Part shown: positions 41,569-51,607 of the stretch, one piece after another
Numbering within the stretch: the first letter of the stretch is position 1
Layout: each line of letters opens with the position of its first letter
Notes under the pieces: generated by a model
The model's input: only the letters and a program-made list of their open reading frames with translations
What the model was told of the DNA's origin: nothing
Databases searched by the model: none
Position numbers and translations under genes: made by a program
Assembly: GCA_019359635.1 (NCBI GenBank)
Contig: JAHHGY010000008.1
Location: 6,768 to 70,767 of the forward strand
Source: Chroococcus sp. CMT-3BRIN-NPC107
GTDB taxonomy: Bacteria > Cyanobacteriota > Cyanobacteriia > Cyanobacteriales > Chroococcidiopsidaceae
Direction: 5' to 3'
DNA: 64,000 bases

Positions 41569-41598
41569 ATTAGATGCAAAATAGTCCACAGATGTCAA
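41569..41598 (-). promoter_or_regulatory. Candidate sigma70-type promoter for scyA
   Basis: Minus strand TTGACA-18 nt-TCTAAT, about 110 bp upstream of the scyA ATG. Confidence 0.3.
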
Positions 41599-42439
41599 CT
41601 GCTTTGGTGAAATTTTTTACGATAGATGCAGACCTAACGTGGGGCTTCAGGTAACAAATGTACGGGATGTCTACTTGTAGCTGCAATGAATATTTTATCG
41701 ATCGCTATGTCAATTCTTTTGATGATGCTAACGCTAAAAACCTTACGTTTACTTGGATCTAAGATTTATTCCCTTTGGTAGATACTCGGCAAAGGTCGTC
41801 GATTTTAGAGTTTGAACAATTTGTATGTTTTGTTACTTAAAGGTGTTAATAACTACAAATATTAAGCTTTGTAAGGCAATCTGCGTAACTTGCTTAACGG
41901 TATTGATAGATACTAAGACAATTAATATGACTTGTATCTTTTGAGAGAAGATATCTTCACTTTGGCAGAGTTAGGTTTATGAGGATTTTAATAACAGTTA
42001 AGTTATTTCTGTGTAGTAATCTCTACTAAAAACTATAAATAGTTTTTAGAAAAAAATAGCTGACAGATGCAAATATTAGTAGTAATAAAGTTTTTAGGTA
42101 TTAAATTTAACCTATTAAACCCCTTACTATGCCGGAGATACGTAACTTTTATAAAGAAGCGCGCTCGCATCATAATTAAGCTAAGTTGTTCTTTTTATAC
42201 TGATTGACAAGTCATTTATATTTTGTTAGCTTAGTACGCTTTTTTCAGCAAATCAAATAAAAATTTAAGTTGTACATATCTTAGACACATCTTTTACAAA
42301 AATAAAGTATTTACTAGATAAAGTTTTGTTAAGCTGCTTTATATAGTTGGGCGAATAAAGAACAAATCTAAGTTTGCTAAAAAGTGGAGGAGACTGCATC
42401 GCTTGCCCATTGAAGTTATAGAAAGGAGTGTAGAGAACT

Positions 42440-44386
42440 GTGAGCAACAAGTATATTTCAGTTCGAGCTAACTTAAACGAACTAACCCAATTGCAGCTTA
42501 CAAAAGCTCTAATAGAGGGCGCGCCAGATGCTACTTTTTGTGTAGGAGCCGAAGGACAATTTCTTTATGTAAATGATGCCCTGTGCAAGCTTACAGAATA
42601 TTCTCGTCAAGAGTTGCTATCAAAGACTTTAGCAGCCATCGAACCAAATTTTGCGATCGCTCAATGGTCAACATATTGGCAAATTAGTCGGCAAGAAAGT
42701 ACCCTAAGTTTAAATTCTGAATATAAAGCAAAAAGCGGGCGGATAATTCCTGTAGAAGTAGTTATCAATTATGCCCAAGATGGTGGAGAATTTTGCTGTG
42801 TATTTGCAAAACAAAACTCGCACAACTTAGGCTTAAAAGTTCAAGAATGCACGACTAAATTACTAGAGACAAACCAGCATTTGCGGCAAGAAGTTTCACA
42901 ACTAAAGCAAACAGAAAATCAATTAGCTAGTTCTTTATCTTTGCTGCAATCTACTCTAGAATCAACAGCAAACGGTATTGTTGCGCTAAGTTTTGCCGGA
43001 GAAATTCTTAGCTACAACCAAAAATTTATAGATATGTGGCAAGTCCCCCAAGGGGTAATTGTTTCTAAAAAATGCTGCTACAGCTTAAAGTTTTTTGAAA
43101 ACCAAGTTAAAGATCCAGAGGCGTTTCGCAAAGCTGTATGGGAAGCGCCAATTCAGTCAGATAGTGAGAGTTACTACATTATAGAATTAATTGATGGTAG
43201 AACTTTTGCTCACCACTCCAAGCCGCAACTATTAGACGGAGAAATTATCGGCAGAGTATGGAGTATTTGGGATATTAGCGAATTTAAGTTGACAAAAGAA
43301 GCCTTAAAACATGACGAAATTGGCTTTGCAGCTTTAGCAGAGAATACCGAAACAATTATTTTTATAATTAAAGATTCGCGCCTATGTTACGTCAATTCGG
43401 CAACAGAAGTAATCGCAGGTTATACGAAAGCCGAACTACTCAGTGAAGAATTTGGCTTATCGCAACTAATTGTGCGACTTGCACCCACACAGCAAAGCGC
43501 TAACCTGCAATACCAGGAAATGAAGCTTGTAACTAAAAATGGCGACGAGCGCTGGTTAGCTGGCTCTAGTGACATACTGAGCTTTGGTGGCAAACCAGCC
43601 GAACTAATAACAGCAATTGATATCACCGAACATAAAAAAGCAGAAGTAGAAGTAAAACAAGCTTTAGAGCAAGCCAAGCAACTAAGCGAACTAAAAGAGC
43701 GCTTTGTATCGATGTTGTGCCATCAGTTTCGCACACCGCTAAATGTTGTTTCCTTCTCTGCAGACTTGCTAAAACGTCACGTCCACCAATGGACGGAAGA
43801 TAAACAATTACCTTATCTAGCGCACATTCAAGTAGCTGTAGAGCAGATTGGGCAATTGTTAGAAGAAATTATGACCTTTAGCAAGTTAGAGGCAGGAAAA
43901 TTAATATTTGAGCCTAAAAAGTTAGATTTAAAGCAATTTTGCCAGCATTTAGTTTTGCAGATGCAATTAGCTAACAACAATCAAACGCAGATTGCTTTAG
44001 TAAATAATTGCGATCGCCAAGTTTACTTAGACGAGAAATTGTTGGAGCCAATTTTAAGTAATTTACTCTCAAACGCTATTAAGTATTCACCAGCTAATAG
44101 CACCGTCAAGTTAGAAGTGGCAGAAACGGACGCAGAGATCGTTTTTCAAATTAGCGATCGCGGTATCGGCATCCCAGAACGCGATCGCGCCCAACTATTC
44201 GAGCCATTCTATCGGTGTAGCAATGTCGGCGATTTCCCTGGTACGGGCTTAGGGCTATCGATGACAAAAATGCTTGTAGAAGTGCATGGCGGGAGTATTT
44301 CTGTAGTTAGCGAAGTAGGTAGAGGTAGTACATTTACCGTCGTTTTACCTTCAACAAAAAAAAACCTAAATAACTTGAGTAATTAA
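42440..44386 (+). CDS. Multi-PAS sensor histidine kinase (scytonemin regulator by position)
   Basis: Three PAS-like segments; CHQFRTPL H-box; NLLSNAIKYS, DRGIGI, GTGLGL; divergent from scyA like Npun_F1277. Confidence 0.9.
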   Translation: MSNKYISVRANLNELTQLQLTKALIEGAPDATFCVGAEGQFLYVNDALCKLTEYSRQELLSKTLAAIEPNFAIAQWSTYWQISRQESTLSLNSEYKAKSGRIIPVEVVINYAQDGGEFCCVFAKQNSHNLGLKVQECTTKLLETNQHLRQEVSQLKQTENQLASSLSLLQSTLESTANGIVALSFAGEILSYNQKFIDMWQVPQGVIVSKKCCYSLKFFENQVKDPEAFRKAVWEAPIQSDSESYYIIELIDGRTFAHHSKPQLLDGEIIGRVWSIWDISEFKLTKEALKHDEIGFAALAENTETIIFIIKDSRLCYVNSATEVIAGYTKAELLSEEFGLSQLIVRLAPTQQSANLQYQEMKLVTKNGDERWLAGSSDILSFGGKPAELITAIDITEHKKAEVEVKQALEQAKQLSELKERFVSMLCHQFRTPLNVVSFSADLLKRHVHQWTEDKQLPYLAHIQVAVEQIGQLLEEIMTFSKLEAGKLIFEPKKLDLKQFCQHLVLQMQLANNNQTQIALVNNCDRQVYLDEKLLEPILSNLLSNAIKYSPANSTVKLEVAETDAEIVFQISDRGIGIPERDRAQLFEPFYRCSNVGDFPGTGLGLSMTKMLVEVHGGSISVVSEVGRGSTFTVVLPSTKKNLNNLSN

Positions 44387-44388
44387 AC

Positions 44389-45201
44389 ATGAACCAACAA
44401 TCGCCAGCAAAAATATTAGTAATTGAAGATGATGCCCGTACCCGCAACATCTATATAGACTGCTTAAACTCTGAAGGTTACTGTACTATGGGTGCAGAAA
44501 ATGGCATAGAAGGAATTACTAAAGTTCAAAAACACCTACCCGACTTAGTAATTTGCGATGTGATTATGCCTAAACTTGACGGTTATGACGTGCTGACAAC
44601 CCTGCGTCAAAACCCGCTTACAGCCATTACTTCGTTTATTTTTTTAACAGCCAGTGCTAGTAAAACTGAACTGCGTAGGGGGATGGAATTAGGTGCAGAT
44701 GACTATTTAACTAAGCCCACTACCGTAGAGGAATTATTAAAAGCGATCGCCATTCGACTAGAAAAACGAGCAAGTCTGCGTTCGTGGTATACAAATACCC
44801 CAGTAGCACAAAAGCCAACCACCGACAAAGCAAACCAGTCAATTTTTCCTTCAGCAACCGAATTGCAAGAAGTTTTTAAATTTATTGAAGCCAACTACAA
44901 CCAACCGATTACTTTATGCGATGTTGCTCAAGCGGTTGGTTATTCCCCAGCTTACCTAACCAACCGAGTAGGTAGCCAAACAGGTTACACCGTAAATCGA
45001 TGGATTGTCGAGCGGCGGATGGTAGAGGCGCGGACTTTGCTTCAAAATACCGACCAATCGGTAGAACAAATTGCCAACGCCTTGGGTTATCAAAATACTT
45101 GTCATTTTTCCCGTCAATTTCGCCAACATCACGGCGCACCCCCCCAAGCATGGCGCAAAGTACAGCAAAATCGTCCTCTAACCCTAGCGAGCATTGCTTG
45201 A
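44389..45201 (+). CDS. Response regulator, receiver + AraC HTH (scytonemin regulator by position)
   Basis: ILVIEDD, CDVIMP, YLTKP; IANALGYQNTCHFSRQFRQHHGAPP; arrangement like Npun_F1278. Confidence 0.9.
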   Translation: MNQQSPAKILVIEDDARTRNIYIDCLNSEGYCTMGAENGIEGITKVQKHLPDLVICDVIMPKLDGYDVLTTLRQNPLTAITSFIFLTASASKTELRRGMELGADDYLTKPTTVEELLKAIAIRLEKRASLRSWYTNTPVAQKPTTDKANQSIFPSATELQEVFKFIEANYNQPITLCDVAQAVGYSPAYLTNRVGSQTGYTVNRWIVERRMVEARTLLQNTDQSVEQIANALGYQNTCHFSRQFRQHHGAPPQAWRKVQQNRPLTLASIA

Positions 45202-45213
45202 GTGGTTATTTTC

Positions 45214-45235
45214 GTAGCGGTTAACCAACCGCTAC
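45214..45235. terminator. Perfect hairpin between convergent genes (REP-like)
   Basis: GTAGCGGTT-aacc-AACCGCTAC. Confidence 0.6.
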
Positions 45236-45242
45236 TTAGGTT

Positions 45243-45602
45243 TTAGTCAACTTCTACTGAATCTGTATTTACTTCTGTTGCACCATTAACTCTTTGAGCA
45301 ACCGAAACCATTTTATTGAGAAGTTGTTGACTTGGGGCTTTACCTTTCAAAACTACAACGCTACCAGTTTGAGCAACGTAAATAGTCTCAATATCATCCA
45401 AGTCTGGCTCCTCGTCAAATTCTAAAGCTACGCGCTTGGCTAATCCGCTTTGATCGTATTCGCCGCTTAGTCCCCTACGTTCGGGGGGAATAGATTCGCC
45501 CGCAGGTGCAGCTTGAGCTTGAGGTGCAGATTGCTGTTGTGGAGCGTAGGAAGGAGCATTTTGAGGTTTTTCCATCCCAAACAAACGTTTTAACCAACCC
45601 AT
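45243..45602 (-). CDS. BON-domain (phospholipid-binding) protein
   Basis: MGWLKRLFG start; GEYDQSGLAKRVA, VAQTGSVVVLKG, VAQRVNGATEV. Confidence 0.75.
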   Translation of the reverse strand: MGWLKRLFGMEKPQNAPSYAPQQQSAPQAQAAPAGESIPPERRGLSGEYDQSGLAKRVALEFDEEPDLDDIETIYVAQTGSVVVLKGKAPSQQLLNKMVSVAQRVNGATEVNTDSVEVD

Positions 45603-45795
45603 AGTTATTTTTCTCCCTGATATAGACAACTTTAACTAAGCATAATTTATTCTGTTTATACATCCATTAAGAGAGAGAAGCTTTATTTTTTCTCTGCTGA
45701 TTGTGGCGCAATCGAGCTAGAATAAAGTGCTAAAACGGTGCTGCTTGAACTGAAGTTGGCGGTACGCGATCGCATAAAATCAAGCCTGAATAGCC

Positions 45796-46314
45796 GTGAA
45801 ACATACATTGTCAGTTTTAGTAGAAGATGAAGCCGGGGTTTTGTCCCGCATTGCTGGTTTATTTGCCCGTCGCGGCTTTAATATTGAAAGCCTCGCCGTA
45901 GGAGCCGCCGAGCAAGGGGGAGTATCTCGAATTACAATGGTTGTACCTGGAGACGAGCAGATTATTGAGCAGTTGACAAAGCAGTTGTACAAGCTCGTAA
46001 ACGTGCTAAAAGTTCAAGATATTACCGAGATTCCCTGTGTAGAGCGAGAATTGATGCTACTAAAGGTAAACGCCAGTAGCGCCAATCGTTCGGAAATTAT
46101 TGGGTTAGCGCAAATATTTCGGGCGCGAGTCGTGGATGTAGCGGAAGATTCGCTAACTTTAGAAGTAGTAGGCGATCCCGGTAAAATGGTAGCGATCGTG
46201 CAAGTATTAGAAAAGTTTGGGTTGAAAGAAATTGCCCGTACGGGCAAAATTGCTCTTACCCGCGAATCGGGAGTTAATACAGAGTTGCTGAAGTCTTTAC
46301 AAGCTAGGGTTTAA
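45796..46314 (+). CDS. ilvN: Acetolactate synthase small subunit
   Basis: [48 protein letters not shown]. Confidence 0.96.
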   Translation: MKHTLSVLVEDEAGVLSRIAGLFARRGFNIESLAVGAAEQGGVSRITMVVPGDEQIIEQLTKQLYKLVNVLKVQDITEIPCVERELMLLKVNASSANRSEIIGLAQIFRARVVDVAEDSLTLEVVGDPGKMVAIVQVLEKFGLKEIARTGKIALTRESGVNTELLKSLQARV

Positions 46315-46344
46315 TGACTGCTTTGAGGCGAACAAACTGTTCGC

Positions 46345-46396
46345 CTACTTAAGATAAATCAGCAAATTCAACCCTGGAATCGTGCGCGATAAAGTC
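46345..46396 (-). repeat. Direct-repeat copy of the 3' end of the 47207-49363 gene
   Basis: 50/52 identical to 47207-47258; both encode TLSRTIPGLNLLIYLK*. Confidence 0.92.
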
Positions 46397-46415
46397 TATA
46401 ACCCAAAGTAAAACA

Positions 46416-46862
46416 TTATTTAGGTTGAATTGTTTGAGGAGAAATCGCTACAATTTCTGAAAAACGGGTAAAATCATCAACGTTAAAAGTTAATAAGTGA
46501 GAGATTTTATAAGTAATCATTGCCGCTACCAATCGGGCATCATGTCCTTGTTTGCCTTTGACTTGATACTTAATTACTAAATCTTCCCAGACTGTCAAAA
46601 CTGAAGGGCTACTAGCCTTAATTGCGAACAGTTGCTTCAAAAGAGTCATTTCATGAGTTGCTTCTTCTACGGTCAATCCTAGCCCATTGACATTGGCTGG
46701 ACGGGTAGCAACAACCCAAAACTCAAATAAATTTTGTGGCACTATGTTTAGCTCAATACCTTGCTGTAGCAGCCTATTAATAGCATTCTGAGCTTGAGGA
46801 TATTGCGAGTCACGAGAGTTGATTAATCGTAACAAAACATTTGTGTCCACCAGATAACTCAT
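46416..46862 (-). CDS. vapC: PIN-domain toxin (VapC-like)
   Basis: YLVDTNVL, QNLFEFW, HDARLVA, LLTFNVDDF acidic PIN residues. Confidence 0.88.
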   Translation of the reverse strand: MSYLVDTNVLLRLINSRDSQYPQAQNAINRLLQQGIELNIVPQNLFEFWVVATRPANVNGLGLTVEEATHEMTLLKQLFAIKASSPSVLTVWEDLVIKYQVKGKQGHDARLVAAMITYKISHLLTFNVDDFTRFSEIVAISPQTIQPK

Positions 46863-47146
46863 AACTGAGCATCTTCTCTTTCGCGGTAAATGCTTTCACG
46901 CCCAGTCGCATCTTCTGACAGTGACGGAGCTTGAGCCAACGAAGGGCTTTTTCCCAACGCCTTGAGTAAAGGTAGTCTATTTTTGGGAGCGGCTAGGCGA
47001 TCGCTTTGTTGCTCTGGTTGCAACGAGAATACGCAGCCCTCAATCAGTATTTCTAGCAAATGTTCTACAGAAACGCTTTGAGCCTTTGCCTGAGCCAGCA
47101 ATCGAGCCTCTATTTCTGGTTTTAACTCAATAGTAATACTCATCAC
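46859..47146 (-). CDS. Putative antitoxin
   Basis: 95 aa; SITIELKPEIEARL ribbon-helix-helix-like start; SLSEDATGRESIY tail; 4-nt overlap with PIN gene. Confidence 0.75.
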   Translation of the reverse strand: MMSITIELKPEIEARLLAQAKAQSVSVEHLLEILIEGCVFSLQPEQQSDRLAAPKNRLPLLKALGKSPSLAQAPSLSEDATGRESIYREREDAQL

Positions 47147-47206
47147 TTCTCCTAAATTGGCATTGACACAACAACTTTGGTTTCTTCCTCTATTGTACTA
47201 AGGAGT

Positions 47207-49363
47207 CTACTTCAAATAAATCAGCAAATTCAACCCTGGAATCGTGCGCGATAAAGTCCACAATAGCAGCGTTAAATAAAGCAAACCAATCACCCACTCA
47301 TACCAAGCAAGGGTAGTAACAATTCCTGGTAAATGTTCGTCCCGCAGCCGGATATCGTTAAAACCTAACTTCAGCAAATTATTTAAACTAAAATCGTAGT
47401 AATTTAGCCAATTCCAGCGATTTGACCATAATACAGGCATATAACGCTCTCTAAATAGCGGAAATCGCGGCATGACTGGCAATCTACCAATTAATAATCT
47501 TAGTTGCCGCATACTGCCATCTTCGACAAAATAGCTGCTATTCATCAAGTCGTGATAGCGTCCTTTTTGATAAAGTCTAGCTACTAAAACTAACGGAATT
47601 GGTAAAACGATCGCTTCTACACAGCCTAAAGTTAAAAATGGTTGGGTTGAGGTGCGAAAAATAGCAATTAATCCAAACAGTATCAATAAGCAAAAACTAC
47701 TGAGTACGCAGCTAGTTTCGTAAACTGTGGGTAAAATCTTTTGCGGGTGCAATCGTCGCCAACGGTCGATTAGCCAAAATATTAACCCAAAATGGGCGAT
47801 CGCAATTGTCCCGACTCCAAACACTAACCAAAAACTCGTACCGTAACGACTAAGCAAGAGCAACAAACCTAAAGCCAACCATTGCCAAGCTAATATTATC
47901 CATTCGGCGGCAGAAATAGGAGAAGTTGCTACCAGGCGATCGCGGACTTTAATATAAGTATTGAGATCGATTTGCTCTAAGCTCAAAACCTCGCTGAGAT
48001 TACGAAAAGGTTGCTCTTGACGATAGGCAGCGATCGCCTTAACTTGAAGGGGTGAAAATCCTAGTTTTAGCAAAGTTGCAGAATTTGCTGTATTAATATT
48101 GATCCCCGACAACCTGCGAAGTAATTCATTGCGGCGCAGCTTTTGAGTAGTGTAATCTAACTGATTGGCATCGCCTATTTGCTGCAATTGTCGAAAGTTT
48201 TGAATCAGATTTCGCAAGACATTTTCATTGCCTTGCAGTATTGGTACTTGAATAACGCTGCCAATTTGTCCGGGATTGCCAAGAATTTTGGCTTCTTCCG
48301 CATCAAAACCCAGATCGGATACGTTTAAATAAGCTGAAGAATTTGCAAAAGCTGCATCGCTAAAATCTGCCTGATTTAAAATACTAGCACCGCGCAAATT
48401 TACCGGGCGATCGAATTGCGTTTCTCGAAACGTTACCGCTTGATTAAAAGTTGCTTCGGTGAGAAACAAAGATTTATAGAAGCGATTTTTTGCAAATAAG
48501 GCTCGATTTGCAAACTGTACTTGCGAAAAATCGGCATTTCCTCGCCATTGCATCCGGTTAAAGCTTGCCCGATCGTTAAACATTGCCTGATTGAAATTGC
48601 CCGTGTCTTCAAAAGTAGCGCCGCTAAAAGTCGCTGCTTCCAGAAATTGAGCTTGATTAAAACCCGCCGTAGAAAAGAAAATACTGCCCCGAAATATTCC
48701 TTGTTTGCGGAAACTCGCCCCCGCAAAGTTGACATTGCGACTAAATCTCGTCTCTGTCCAATTAGAGTTTTGGGTGAATATCGCCCCCGAAGCATCTACA
48801 GGCTGAAGAAAAAAAGTATTAGTAAAATTTGCTTCGCCACTAAAACGAGTCTGCACTAACTTTAAACCGCCGCGAAATACTGTAATTTGGGCAGGGGTAG
48901 CACTTTTTGAACCTAATAGAGACGTGGATAGTTGACTCAATTGAGCATAGCGACGGCGATCGCGTTGCAGTTGTGTTTGTTCTGTAGGCGTAAATATGGG
49001 TGCTAAAGCTTGTCCGTATAGGGGCGATCGCAATCCTAAATTATTCCCCACAAAATCCCCCTGAATCAGAGAATAACTCAAATCTAAGCCTAGAGGACTA
49101 GATCCCGCTCTTTGCAATCCTGCTTGCAGAATTTGCTCAAAATTGGCGCGAAAACCCGTATTTTCTGGGCGCAAGTCGATAATAAAATGCTGTAAATCTA
49201 TGGTGAGGATACCGCCACTTAGTTTTGGCGATTTAACCCTCGATTGCAGCAATTCTAAAGTTAAAACTGTCCGCTCTGGCTGGGCTAAAGCTGCCCATAC
49301 TGGTTGAGGTAAGATGAGCAACACAATTAATAGTGCGATCGCAAGTGTCTTGATTAATCGCAT
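47207..49363 (-). CDS. Pentapeptide-like repeat membrane protein with helix-hairpin-helix segment
   Basis: Signal peptide; A.F..A.F repeats; ININTANSATLLKLG HhH-like segment; C-terminal TM helices. Confidence 0.78.
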   Translation of the reverse strand: MRLIKTLAIALLIVLLILPQPVWAALAQPERTVLTLELLQSRVKSPKLSGGILTIDLQHFIIDLRPENTGFRANFEQILQAGLQRAGSSPLGLDLSYSLIQGDFVGNNLGLRSPLYGQALAPIFTPTEQTQLQRDRRRYAQLSQLSTSLLGSKSATPAQITVFRGGLKLVQTRFSGEANFTNTFFLQPVDASGAIFTQNSNWTETRFSRNVNFAGASFRKQGIFRGSIFFSTAGFNQAQFLEAATFSGATFEDTGNFNQAMFNDRASFNRMQWRGNADFSQVQFANRALFAKNRFYKSLFLTEATFNQAVTFRETQFDRPVNLRGASILNQADFSDAAFANSSAYLNVSDLGFDAEEAKILGNPGQIGSVIQVPILQGNENVLRNLIQNFRQLQQIGDANQLDYTTQKLRRNELLRRLSGININTANSATLLKLGFSPLQVKAIAAYRQEQPFRNLSEVLSLEQIDLNTYIKVRDRLVATSPISAAEWIILAWQWLALGLLLLLSRYGTSFWLVFGVGTIAIAHFGLIFWLIDRWRRLHPQKILPTVYETSCVLSSFCLLILFGLIAIFRTSTQPFLTLGCVEAIVLPIPLVLVARLYQKGRYHDLMNSSYFVEDGSMRQLRLLIGRLPVMPRFPLFRERYMPVLWSNRWNWLNYYDFSLNNLLKLGFNDIRLRDEHLPGIVTTLAWYEWVIGLLYLTLLLWTLSRTIPGLNLLIYLK

Positions 49364-50352
49364 TGCAAAACAATTTTTCCCGTAATCGATCCCGCTTCTA
49401 ATAATTGATGGGCTGCAACGGCAACAGATAACGGAAACACCTTATTTACATGAATTTTGAGCTTCCCGGAATCAATCAAATCTGCACACTGAGTCAAAAT
49501 ATCTGCTTGGTGTTGTTGCGCCGCTACTAATCCCTGTAGCATCGGTACTAGAATTAGTTCGTAGCTAATTCTCAGGTTGCGCGATCGCGCGGTTTTCCAA
49601 TCGGTATTAGGATCGGCTTCTAATATTGTCACCACATCCCCATAAATTTTTGTAGCGCTAAAAGTAAGCCCAAAAGTTTCTTTTCCTACCGTATCAAAAC
49701 CTATATTTACCCCTTCGCCCTCTGTCCAATCCAATGCAGCTTGCACAAAATCGGTTTCTTTGTACAAAATCGTTTGCTCTGCGCCTAATTGCCGCACAAA
49801 ACTAGCTTTTTCATTATCTCCCACCGTTGTACATACTTTAGCTTGATGAAGAACGGCTAATTGAATGGCTACATGACCAACACCACCCGCGCCAGCATGG
49901 ATTAAAACTTTTTGGTTCAGTTGCATAGAAGCGCGATCGCACAAAGCTTCCCAGGCTGTAATTAATACTAAAGGAGCCGCCGCCGCTTCTACAAAAGAAA
50001 TTGAGCTAGGTTTACGCGCTGCAAACTTCTCATCTACCACCGTCATTTGAGCATAATTGCCTCTTTTACCGCCCAATCCACCATCGCAAAAATAAACTTC
50101 ATCTCCTACCTTAAACTTACTAACATTTGTACCCACAGCTTCAATTATTCCCGCACCATCGCAACCTAAAATAGCTTGCTGATTTTCTGGGTAAAAAGTA
50201 CCTCTATTCCGCAGTTTTGTATCAATGGGATTTACACCCGCAGCTTTAAGACGCACTAATATTTCTGTAGGTTTTTCTATTTGTGGTTCTGGTATTTCTC
50301 GAACTTCTAAAACTTCGAGTTTCCCGGCGGCGGTCATTAATATTGCTTTCAT
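49354..50352 (-). CDS. MDR-family NADPH:quinone oxidoreductase/alcohol dehydrogenase-like protein
   Basis: AAGVNPID, LGCDGAG, LIHAGAGGVGH, GKIVL. Confidence 0.9.
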   Translation of the reverse strand: MKAILMTAAGKLEVLEVREIPEPQIEKPTEILVRLKAAGVNPIDTKLRNRGTFYPENQQAILGCDGAGIIEAVGTNVSKFKVGDEVYFCDGGLGGKRGNYAQMTVVDEKFAARKPSSISFVEAAAAPLVLITAWEALCDRASMQLNQKVLIHAGAGGVGHVAIQLAVLHQAKVCTTVGDNEKASFVRQLGAEQTILYKETDFVQAALDWTEGEGVNIGFDTVGKETFGLTFSATKIYGDVVTILEADPNTDWKTARSRNLRISYELILVPMLQGLVAAQQHQADILTQCADLIDSGKLKIHVNKVFPLSVAVAAHQLLEAGSITGKIVLQCD

Positions 50353-50377
50353 TATCTTTTGTTTCTGGTGCGTTTCG

Positions 50378-51382
50378 TTAGTTTAAATGCTTGGTTACAA
50401 AAGCTTCCACACAATTCATCATTTCGTTAAAAACTGGATTGCGCTTTTCTAAAATCTCCTCACCAACTTTAATATCTTCTTCTAATACAATACTTGGATG
50501 AGCAACATTCAAACTTTTCTCAATCCGGAAAAATTCTGTTTTCTCTTCGCAATGAGGATGATTTTTAAGTAATAGCTCAATTTCTCCTATACCTGCGGCT
50601 ATATCTGCTTCAGAATGTGCTGCAAAAACAGGCTGGATGATGTCGCTGTATTTATCTCGCCCTTTATACAAATCTTCAGTTCGCTTAATTAAATTGGCTA
50701 ATTGTCCTGCACCGTTTAAAGTCATTTCTACGTAACGATAGGGATTATTACCAATTGCCCAAACATCTTGAGATTTCTTTTGTAAATTGGCAGGAACTAC
50801 AATTTTTTTAAGTCCTTTTTTAATAGAATCTTTTTTAATCAAAGCCTCTTTAACTAAATCAGCTACATCTTTATTTCTATTAACTTGAATATAAGAAGCA
50901 ACTTTTAAAAAACTATCAATTCTTAAAACATTTTCAATCGGATCGTGAATATCTAAAGCAGCCGCAAACAAAAATAAAGCCCCATTTATACTTTGCTTAT
51001 CAGTAATAGTTTTATAAGTAGCAAGATTTCCCCCCGCAGACAAACCACCAATAGAAACTTGTTCGCCTAAACTTTTAGCACAATTTACCGCAAAATTTAC
51101 CTCCTCTAGCCATTCGGTAAATGTTACTGTATCTATTTGAGTATCGGGAATTTTTAAACCGTGTCCAGGTAGCAAAGGTAGTAAAACATTAAAACCCATA
51201 GCATGAAACCTTTTGGCGATCGCTTTCATAAAATAAGGCGAATCGGTTAAACCATGTACCAAAACGATCGCATTTTTCCTCGGTTTCCCATGATACATAA
51301 TTTCAGGATAATTCCCGGCTCGAATCGCGTCATTATCAAATAAGTCTTGATAGTGGGTTGTCCAAGATTGTAAGGCTTGCAT
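50378..51382 (-). CDS. Alpha/beta hydrolase (esterase/lysophospholipase-like)
   Basis: LVHGLTDSP, LLPGHG, GLSAG nucleophile elbow. Confidence 0.82.
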   Translation of the reverse strand: MQALQSWTTHYQDLFDNDAIRAGNYPEIMYHGKPRKNAIVLVHGLTDSPYFMKAIAKRFHAMGFNVLLPLLPGHGLKIPDTQIDTVTFTEWLEEVNFAVNCAKSLGEQVSIGGLSAGGNLATYKTITDKQSINGALFLFAAALDIHDPIENVLRIDSFLKVASYIQVNRNKDVADLVKEALIKKDSIKKGLKKIVVPANLQKKSQDVWAIGNNPYRYVEMTLNGAGQLANLIKRTEDLYKGRDKYSDIIQPVFAAHSEADIAAGIGEIELLLKNHPHCEEKTEFFRIEKSLNVAHPSIVLEEDIKVGEEILEKRNPVFNEMMNCVEAFVTKHLN

Positions 51383-51607
51383 AAATCAAAGTAATGTATA
51401 TGTGCAATAAAATAACATCTTGACGCAGCGTAAACTTTGCAATCCTAAAAACTTTGCAGTCTGTATACCTGCCATAGCGATTCCGTAGCGAGTACCAAAA
51501 GTACCTCAACTCCTTAAAAAGTTTTATTATAGGTTTTCCTCTTTTTAAGGGGATTAGAGAAAATTCCAGCGTGCAAGTCAAAATATCAATAAGCAAAGGT
51601 GTAAGTA

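Noticed and set aside
45796-46314. ilvN as a regulatory subunit for the ALS-like ScyA
   Set aside because: Stand-alone ilvN is normal in cyanobacteria, and it is separated from scy by unrelated genes
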